DNA of 14,147 nucleotides, from the NCBI GenBank assembly GCA_965233585.1, contig CBDDTI010000488.1, positions 1 to 14,147 of the forward strand, read 5' to 3'. The notes beneath the pieces were generated by a model. It made no database searches, was not told where the DNA came from, and worked only from the letters and a program-made list of their open reading frames with translations. Positions 1 through 8,824 of this stretch are shown here, piece by piece (positions within the stretch are counted from its first letter, which is position 1; each line of letters opens with the position of its first letter). A program made the position numbers and the translations under genes. The DNA is from a bacterium (GTDB taxonomy: Bacteria; SAR324; NAC60-12).

Positions 1-339
1 GAACACGGAAATAGGCTTAAAGGGGAAATATAGTATTTCTGCTAATAGTAGCACGCAAAAGATCTCAAGAAATATCTACAATAATAGCATTTTATTACGA
101 AAACGGCACTTGAAATACCTCGTTTTCCTTCAAATATCATAGTTTTATTGATATAAAGTCAGTTCTATGTAAGTAATTGACGATTATTTTTATATAATAT
201 TGAAGCAGATGTTTTCTTCTATCATTGTATAACTATTGTGTCCAGTAAATTTTGTGAAATAAGAAGAAAACGAGGATTGAACATGCCTATCTTAAAACAA
301 CGACCAACTTCATGTACTCGACAAATAATGGTGCTTACA

Positions 340-430
340 ACGACGTCCGCGACTGTACAAACAAAAACACCGCTTTGCCCCCAGTCGCTTTATTCTCTTA
401 TAGCAGTTTAAGCTGAGAAGACGTTCATCT
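340..430 (+). promoter_or_regulatory. Putative H1 proximal promoter (also at +6525 and +13055)
   Basis: CpG-rich patch just upstream of the H1 ATG containing GTCCGC (345-350, H4-box-like), AAACAC (365-370, H1/AC-box-like) and a weak TATA-like CTTATAG near 397-403. Motif roles are inferred. Confidence 0.5.
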
Positions 431-442
431 CTACATCTGAAA

Positions 443-1015
443 ATGGCATCAACGGCAACCGCCACACCCAAGAAGGTCACCAAGGCAAAGAAGCCCAAGG
501 TTCCTGCAGCCCACCCGCAGTACAAGGACATGATTTCTGCAGCCATAACAGCGCTGAAAGAAAGGGGAGGTTCATCCAGGCAAGCCATATTGAAATACAT
601 CATGGCAAACTACAAAGTCGGTGACAACGGCACAGCAGTCAACGCTCGCGTCAAGACAGCTCTGAAAGCTGGCGTGAAGAATGGCACTCTCAAGCAGGCT
701 AAAGGCACCGGTGCATCTGGCTCCTTCAAAGTTGGCGAAAAGAAAAAAGAGGTCAAGAAACCCAAGAAGGCAACCAAGCCCAAAGCTGCCAAGCCAAAGA
801 AAGTAGCAAAGCCAAAGAAAGCACCAGCCAAGAAAGAGGGCGGAGAAACCAAGAAAGCTGCCAAGCCCAAGAAAGCCAAGACGCCTAAAAAGAAGCCAGC
901 TGCCAAGAAGTCGCCCAAGAAGGCTGCAAAACCAAAAACAGCTAAACCCAAAGCTGCACCAAAGGCTAAGAAGGCAAAGACCCCAAAGAAGAAGGCCGCT
1001 GCCAAGAAGGCATAA
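443..1015 (+). CDS. H1: Linker histone H1 (190 aa), copy 1
   Basis: Winged-helix globular domain (HPQYKDMISAAITALKERGGSSRQAILKYI...KGTGASGSFK), K/A/P-rich C-terminal tail with S/TPKK motifs, intronless, followed by a stem-loop. Confidence 0.98.
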   Translation: MASTATATPKKVTKAKKPKVPAAHPQYKDMISAAITALKERGGSSRQAILKYIMANYKVGDNGTAVNARVKTALKAGVKNGTLKQAKGTGASGSFKVGEKKKEVKKPKKATKPKAAKPKKVAKPKKAPAKKEGGETKKAAKPKKAKTPKKKPAAKKSPKKAAKPKTAKPKAAPKAKKAKTPKKKAAAKKA

Positions 1016-1048
1016 ATTGCACTTTTGCTGAGCAAAAGCAAACACAAA

Positions 1049-1087
1049 AGCCCTTTTCAGGGCTACCCACATTTTTAGAAAAGAAGC
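1049..1087 (+). terminator. H1 3' histone stem-loop (1049-1064) plus histone downstream element (1073-1087)
   Basis: AGCCCT-TTTC-AGGGCT followed by ACCCA, then TTTTAGAAAAGAAGC. Confidence 0.93.
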
Positions 1088-1645
1088 AATAAGTTGACAA
1101 AACACAATTCAAACATAGCTCCCACACAATTACCTGTTTAGTAAAACATACATTTGGATAATTTATACCTTTTTTTCGTAAATAACAAATAATAATACGC
1201 TGTTTTTATTTTGTTTTATCTATTTATTTCTTTTTTCACAGTTAATGTCAGAAAAATAATTATTTTTATTATACATATATTCTAACTCCAATATGATATT
1301 TATCAGGTGTGTTTTCCTTAAAACCCATATTAATCGAACTTGATATTTCTTCATAAATTTGGTGATTTTCAACTTGTTCATAAATAAGTCCGTTCGTCCA
1401 TCACTTTGTCAGTCTATTTATTCAGTTAATCTATGTCAACCTCTGCTTTATTTTGTACCATATGTCATATTTCAATGGATAACAAGGAATTATTTTTATT
1501 AATTTTATGAAATAATTGTTTTAAGCTATGAGGGAAATTATTTTGTAAGTTTTTTTATATCTTCAACTGTATGCCGATGTACAATTTATCCTTTTTATCA
1601 AAGAAAACCCGATGAAAATGCGACTTTCCAATATAGCAAAATTTT

Positions 1646-1834
1646 GTGCAAATTTGCACTTCCAAAAGCATTGAAACGATGTTTTACTTCAGCCAATCAT
1701 TGTACAGGGATTTGACCAATCATATGCGTTGATACAAAGCCGGTGGCCAATTATCGCCGTCGATACAGTAACGGCGGTGTTTACAAACAAAGGCAATAAA
1801 TAGAACGCTATGTGACCTTACACTTCATTCATTC
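1646..1834 (+). promoter_or_regulatory. H3 promoter (also at +6525)
   Basis: CCAAT boxes at 1693, 1716 and 1747; TATA-like AATAAATA at 1795-1802; initiator-like TCATTC at 1825-1834, about 30 nt downstream. Confidence 0.7.
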
Positions 1835-1850
1835 GACTCTAAATCGTTGA

Positions 1851-2270
<420 letters not shown>

Positions 2271-2299
2271 GCTGTTTCACACCACATACAAAAACAAAC

Positions 2300-2339
2300 G
2301 GCCTTTTTCAAGGCCACCTCATTTTTTTCGAAAAGAAGC
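2300..2339 (+). terminator. H3 stem-loop (2300-2315) plus downstream element (2325-2339)
   Basis: GGCCTT-TTTC-AAGGCC followed by ACC, then TTTTCGAAAAGAAGC. Confidence 0.95.
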
Positions 2340-3016
2340 TATATTGTTGAAAACTACCAATACGAAACATAGGTCCAACACACCATCAAAACTCAAATAT
2401 AGGTCCAATCAAACACAACACAAGAAAAATAAACCCCTATCTACATACTGTGTAACAATGTCTATGTAAGCTATATATTTCATATATTAATTACGCATGT
2501 ATATAAATGCGCATATACGAGAAATATTGTGACAATTGTCTTTTTTACTGACAAAATACACCCTACATATATTTGAAATTATAAATATCGCGATTTTTCT
2601 CCCACAACAGTTCAATCTTGTATATATGTCCAGAAAGTAGACCATTTTAACGCAGTTTATACACAAATTTCATCCTGTAATAATATAATTTCACTTGGAC
2701 AAATTGCAATCAAAATGGAAATTTAATATATTTCTCTTTTGCACATTTATTACATCAAATTACACATTTCTTAAAAACAAATACTGACTAAATTCCTTGT
2801 ATAATTCTTTTATTCAGATTATAGATAAATAAGGAGATCACTTTTCGCTGCTATAACTTTCTGCAAAAATATTTTAAAATCACATAAAATTGACAGTCAT
2901 AAAATATAATGTCATTTATTCATCAATTAATTTATTGATCACTCGTGAACAATGTTAATTGCTGTTAATTGCTTTTAATTACTCCAAGAGGATGTTTGTC
3001 CATGTTCAAATACCAC

Positions 3017-3485
<469 letters not shown>

Positions 3486-3521
3486 ACAACATCTGACCAT
3501 TGACCAAGTCAAACAAACAAC

Positions 3522-3560
3522 GGCCCTTTTCAGGGCCACACATATTTTTCGAAAAGAAGC
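3522..3560 (+). terminator. H4 stem-loop (3522-3537) plus downstream element (3546-3560)
   Basis: GGCCCT-TTTC-AGGGCC followed by ACA, then TTTTCGAAAAGAAGC. Confidence 0.95.
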
Positions 3561-4169
3561 GTTAAAGCTGTTTACAAATCAATAAAACACAAGATCACTT
3601 TCCCCTGCCCATGTAAAGAGATATATTTCCTTTTTATTTATAACAGTATCACTATAAGGTCTAATATATACATAATAAAATTGAAATACAACATAGGTGT
3701 ACAGTTTAACAAGGACAGATAATTTAACAATGAAATGCTTTTTAAATAATATTTAATATCTCTGTATATTTTATAAAACAATAACATTACATCTGATTTG
3801 AATATATCCATTATAAAGATGTTATACAATATACAACAAAATAATTTTCAAATCTTGGTACAGTTGTTCTGTAACATTTCCAATATATTCTAATGTAAAA
3901 TACAAAAGAACTGATGACATATTCACTCATCTTACATATAATCAGAATATGTGAATATGTATATATGTGAATATCATTCCACAATGTACTTTCGTTAATT
4001 CTATGTCAGGAAGACAATGCAAGTGTAAATGTAATATATACATGTGTGTTGCGTGTAAATATATATGTAGGTACAGTAACAATACATTATAAGTTTGGAC
4101 ATTCAAACATGTACATTATTCATGTGGTGTGGGACCCCTGTTTGTGTTTTGATTTAGTTCAGCTTAATC

Positions 4170-4208
4170 ACTTCTTTTCGAAAAGTTTGGATGGCCCTGA
4201 AAAGGGCC
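4170..4208 (-). terminator. H2B stem-loop (4193-4208) plus downstream element (4170-4184)
   Basis: The minus strand reads GGCCCT-TTTC-AGGGCC ATCCAAAC TTTTCGAAAAGAAGT. Confidence 0.95.
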
Positions 4209-4235
4209 GTTTGTTTGTTAGCAGAGTAAACAAGT

Positions 4236-4607
4236 TTACTTGCTGCTGGTGTACTTGGTCACAGCCTTGGTTCCCTCAGAGACGGCGTGCTTGGCCAACT
4301 CTCCTGGAAGGAGAAGTCGGACAGCAGTCTGGATCTCTCTGGAGGTGATGGTGGACCTCTTGTTGTAGTGAGCCAGTCTGGAAGCCTCTGCAGCGATTCT
4401 CTCGAAGATATCGTTGACGAAGCTGTTCATGATGCTCATGGCCTTGCTGGAGACACCAGTGTCGGGGTGCACCTGTTTCAAGACTTTGTAGATGTAGATG
4501 GCGTAGGATTCCCTCCTCCTCCTCTTTCTCTTCTTGTCCCCAGTACGCTGGGCCTTTGCCTTGGAGGCGGCCTTCTTGGATCCTTTGCTGCTTACTTTGG
4601 GTGGCAT
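4236..4607 (-). CDS. H2B: Histone H2B (123 aa), copy 1; true start is the ATG at 4607, not the ORF-track start at 5030
   Basis: [13 protein letters not shown]...[19 protein letters not shown]...[14 protein letters not shown] box sits at 4662-4668 on the minus strand, upstream of this ATG. Confidence 0.98.
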   Translation of the reverse strand: MPPKVSSKGSKKAASKAKAQRTGDKKRKRRRRESYAIYIYKVLKQVHPDTGVSSKAMSIMNSFVNDIFERIAAEASRLAHYNKRSTITSREIQTAVRLLLPGELAKHAVSEGTKAVTKYTSSK

Positions 4608-4917
4608 GTTGATGCTTTGCGTGCTAAACGAAAAGTGATGTCGTCGCAGTAAATTTTTCGCTTTTATACCATCGATCTGAGCGTGGCATTGAAACGATCT
4701 TTTAGTAATTAAGCGCGGACGTTTAAGTGAGCATACATCGAGCGGCGTCGTTACAAACTTAACCCGAGGGTGTTTATAAGAGCCGTGCGTTGATTGGTTG
4801 TTGTGTTTGTCTGGACTGGGTTTGTGTCGTGTGAATGCCAGCGGTGGGTATATAAAGGTTGACGGTGTGATTTTTGGTTTCATTCTGATTTGATATCGCA
4901 TCAAGAGAATAAGCAAC
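4608..4917. promoter_or_regulatory. Bidirectional H2B/H2A promoter (310 bp; also at 11133-11442)
   Basis: Outward-facing TATA boxes: TATAAAA on the minus strand (4662-4668) and TATATAAA on the plus strand (4849-4856). Also ATTGG/CCAAT at 4793-4797 and initiator-like TCATTC at 4880-4885. Confidence 0.85.
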
Positions 4918-5295
4918 ATGTCAGGCCGAGGAAAAGGAGGAAAGACGAAGGGAAAGGCAAAGAGCCGATCATCCCGTGCCGGGCTACAGTTCCCCGTCGG
5001 ACGTATCCACCGTCTGTTGAGAAAGGGCAACTATGCTGAGCGAGTAGGAGCTGGTGCACCAGTGTACTTGGCTGCTGTTCTCGAATACTTAGCCGCTGAG
5101 GTTCTGGAATTGGCAGGCAACGCAGCCAGAGACAACAAGAAGGGCAGAATCATCCCAAGACACTTGCAGTTGGCCATCAGGAACGACGAGGAATTGAACA
5201 AACTCCTCTCCGGTGTGACCATCGCCCAGGGTGGTGTCCTCCCCAACATCCAGGCTGTTCTTCTGCCAAAGAAATCCGCCAAGGCCTCCAAGTAA
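4918..5295 (+). CDS. H2A: Histone H2A (125 aa), copy 1
   Basis: [43 protein letters not shown]...[15 protein letters not shown]. No C-terminal SQ motif, so not H2A.X. Confidence 0.99.
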   Translation: MSGRGKGGKTKGKAKSRSSRAGLQFPVGRIHRLLRKGNYAERVGAGAPVYLAAVLEYLAAEVLELAGNAARDNKKGRIIPRHLQLAIRNDEELNKLLSGVTIAQGGVLPNIQAVLLPKKSAKASK

Positions 5296-5325
5296 ACTGT
5301 ATTCCTCAATACAGCACAACAAAAC

Positions 5326-5364
5326 GGCCGTTTTAACGGCCACCAAAATTTTTCGAAAAGAAGC
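5326..5364 (+). terminator. H2A stem-loop (5326-5341) plus downstream element (5350-5364)
   Basis: GGCCGT-TTTA-ACGGCC followed by ACCAA, then TTTTCGAAAAGAAGC. Confidence 0.92.
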
Positions 5365-6967
5365 ATTTGAGTTGAAAACACTGATATCAAACCCAAATAT
5401 AGATCCCACACATCCCCTGATCACACAAACAATACTTCAATAAATGTAAATACATAGGAAATTAGTGCACTTTGAAATAAAATATTAGAAATGATAATGA
5501 ATAGAACAATTTATTGTAGAACACAGATAGATTTATCGCACATAGATCCCACATTATCATTGAATCTTACATATTTGTACCCCATGAAATGTACAGTGAA
5601 AAAGTAATGAAAGAAATCGTTTTATGGCAACGCATATTTATGTTTAATTTCACCGTATAACTAAGAATATTCATGTAAAGTATAAGTGTAATTATAACGC
5701 ATGAGTATAAAATTTTATATATGCATGATATGTGTAATCTCCTAAATAAACCTTCAGAAAATAGTGTTACTGAAATCTGCATTAGTCACAGTGAAAACAT
5801 GGCGTCAAAACGACGTTACGATAACGTCATTGTCATGACGTCATAAAGAACGCTACCAAGACAAAACCATGCAACTCCTTACAAGACTTGGTGCTACGTG
5901 AAAGACTTCTGCATGGTAGGTGTGAATTTTCTGTTTAACATGAAAAATATTTCAAATTGAATTGAATGTCCATTATTTCTTATAAATGAAACAGCCACTG
6001 TGATTCATCGATACACGAAAAAAGACACATATTCTGTAAATTAAGTGTAATTAGAAGTCTTATGGCGTGTTTGATGAGTGTCAAAAAATGAATATAATTA
6101 AGTTCAATGGAAAGCTGACAGATTTGCCGTGTTGAGTAGTAACGAAAAAAAAAATCAAAATTGTTTTCATATTTATTTGTTATAAATTTTTGTCCATGAA
6201 CATGAATATCAACAACATATTTATAACCTTCTGTGAGAAATAAACTGAATTTTCCATAAATGTTATTGAGCGTTTGTCATATATGAACAATATGGTCTGG
6301 TATTGAATTGAACAACGCAGTGTTTAGTAACATGTCAAACACTTCACTCAATATTATTTGTCGGATTGGCATATTTTACGTAAATCATTGTTATTTCTTG
6401 ATATTTCAAATAATGTGTACGACTTATTTCAGAATAAATATTCAATGTTATCACAAAATCGTGTACGTCAGATGTGACCCGGTATTCATTTTCAAACGTA
6501 TTTTAATTCACTTTTTAGGATTGAAGAACACGGAAATAGGCTTAAAGGGGAAATATAGTATTTCTGCTAATAGTAGCACGCAAAAGATCTCAAGAAATAT
6601 CTACAATAATAGCATTTTATTACGAAAACGGCACTTGAAATACCTCGTTTTCCTTCAAATATCATAGTTTTATTGATATAAAGTCAGTTCTATGTAAGTA
6701 ATTGACGATTATTTTTATATAATATTGAAGCAGATGTTTTCTTCTATCATTGTATAACTATTGTGTCCAGTAAATTTTGTGAAATAAGAAGAAAACGAGG
6801 ATTGAACATGCCTATCTTAAAACAACGACCAACTTCATGTACTCGACAAATAATGGTGCTTACAACGACGTCCGCGACTGTACAAACAAAAACACCGCTT
6901 TGCCCCCAGTCGCTTTATTCTCTTATAGCAGTTTAAGCTGAGAAGACGTTCATCTCTACATCTGAAA

Positions 6968-7540
6968 ATGGCATCAACGGCAACCGCCACACCCAAGAAG
7001 GTCACCAAGGCAAAGAAGCCCAAGGTTCCTGCAGCCCACCCGCAGTACAAGGACATGATTTCTGCAGCCATAACAGCGCTGAAAGAAAGGGGAGGTTCAT
7101 CCAGGCAAGCCATATTGAAATACATCATGGCAAACTACAAAGTCGGTGACAACGGCACAGCAGTCAACGCTCGCGTCAAGACAGCTCTGAAAGCTGGCGT
7201 GAAGAATGGCACTCTCAAGCAGGCTAAAGGCACCGGTGCATCTGGCTCCTTCAAAGTTGGCGAAAAGAAAAAAGAGGTCAAGAAACCCAAGAAGGCAACC
7301 AAGCCCAAAGCTGCCAAGCCAAAGAAAGTAGCAAAGCCAAAGAAAGCACCAGCCAAGAAAGAGGGCGGAGAAACCAAGAAAGCTGCCAAGCCCAAGAAAG
7401 CCAAGACGCCTAAAAAGAAGCCAGCTGCCAAGAAGTCGCCCAAGAAGGCTGCAAAACCAAAAACAGCTAAACCCAAAGCTGCACCAAAGGCTAAGAAGGC
7501 AAAGACCCCAAAGAAGAAGGCCGCTGCCAAGAAGGCATAA
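6968..7540 (+). CDS. H1: Linker histone H1, copy 2
   Basis: Translation identical to copy 1. Confidence 0.98.
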   Translation: MASTATATPKKVTKAKKPKVPAAHPQYKDMISAAITALKERGGSSRQAILKYIMANYKVGDNGTAVNARVKTALKAGVKNGTLKQAKGTGASGSFKVGEKKKEVKKPKKATKPKAAKPKKVAKPKKAPAKKEGGETKKAAKPKKAKTPKKKPAAKKSPKKAAKPKTAKPKAAPKAKKAKTPKKKAAAKKA

Positions 7541-7573
7541 ATTGCACTTTTGCTGAGCAAAAGCAAACACAAA

Positions 7574-7612
7574 AGCCCTTTTCAGGGCTACCCACATTTT
7601 TAGAAAAGAAGC
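7574..7612 (+). terminator. H1 stem-loop plus downstream element, copy 2
   Basis: AGCCCTTTTCAGGGCT ... TTTTAGAAAAGAAGC. Confidence 0.93.
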
Positions 7613-8375
7613 AATAAGTTGACAAAACACAATTCAAACATAGCTCCCACACAATTACCTGTTTAGTAAAACATACATTTGGATAATTTATACCTTTTTT
7701 TCGTAAATAACAAATAATAATACGCTGTTTTTATTTTGTTTTATCTATTTATTTCTTTTTTCACAGTTAATGTCAGAAAAATAATTATTTTTATTATACA
7801 TATATTCTAACTCCAATATGATATTTATCAGGTGTGTTTTCCTTAAAACCCATATTAATCGAACTTGATATTTCTTCATAAATTTGGTGATTTTCAACTT
7901 GTTCATAAATAAGTCCGTTCGTCCATCACTTTGTCAGTCTATTTATTCAGTTAATCTATGTCAACCTCTGCTTTATTTTGTACCATATGTCATATTTCAA
8001 TGGATAACAAGGAATTATTTTTATTAATTTTATGAAATAATTGTTTTAAGCTATGAGGGAAATTATTTTGTAAGTTTTTTTATATCTTCAACTGTATGCC
8101 GATGTACAATTTATCCTTTTTATCAAAGAAAACCCGATGAAAATGCGACTTTCCAATATAGCAAAATTTTGTGCAAATTTGCACTTCCAAAAGCATTGAA
8201 ACGATGTTTTACTTCAGCCAATCATTGTACAGGGATTTGACCAATCATATGCGTTGATACAAAGCCGGTGGCCAATTATCGCCGTCGATACAGTAACGGC
8301 GGTGTTTACAAACAAAGGCAATAAATAGAACGCTATGTGACCTTACACTTCATTCATTCGACTCTAAATCGTTGA

Positions 8376-8795
<420 letters not shown>

Positions 8796-8824
8796 GCTGT
8801 TTCACACCACATACAAAAACAAAC

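Noticed and set aside
572..1105. Hydrophobic, membrane-protein-like antisense ORFs over H1 (177 aa and 145 aa, and repeats)
   Set aside because: These are reverse-complement shadows of Lys/Ala/Pro codons (AAG/AAA read as Leu/Phe), with no independent promoter or recognisable domain.
1178..1270. A-rich and T-rich imperfect inverted repeats downstream of H1
   Set aside because: Expected by chance in very AT-rich sequence.
3946..4075. Short repeats (GAATATGT)n and TA/TG-rich tracts between H4 and H2B
   Set aside because: Low-complexity slippage sequence with no regular repeat-spacer structure.
4608..5030. 141-aa N-terminal extension of H2B in the 264-aa ORF (also 11133-11555)
   Set aside because: It runs through the bidirectional promoter and antisense to H2A. 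The H2B TATA box (4662-4668) lies downstream of that start, and the canonical MPPK start is at 4607.
5852..5930. HDV/CPEB3-like ribozyme, U7 snRNA or spliced-leader RNA assignment (the minus strand contains GCAGAAGTCTTTCACGTAGC)
   Set aside because: There is no upstream P1 partner, P3 is imperfect and no catalytic J4/2 C is evident. The segment is not complementary to the downstream element as U7 would need, and there is no hairpin between GGTAGG and the U-rich tract. It is kept only as an unassigned candidate.
5567..6667. Spacer ORFs (71 aa at 5567-5782, 119 aa at 6308-6667; also 63 aa at 3638-3829)
   Set aside because: They have AT-driven I/F/Y/N/K composition and no motif, and those checked (6308, 3829) lack an ATG start. 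Identity between copies only reflects the tandem repeat.
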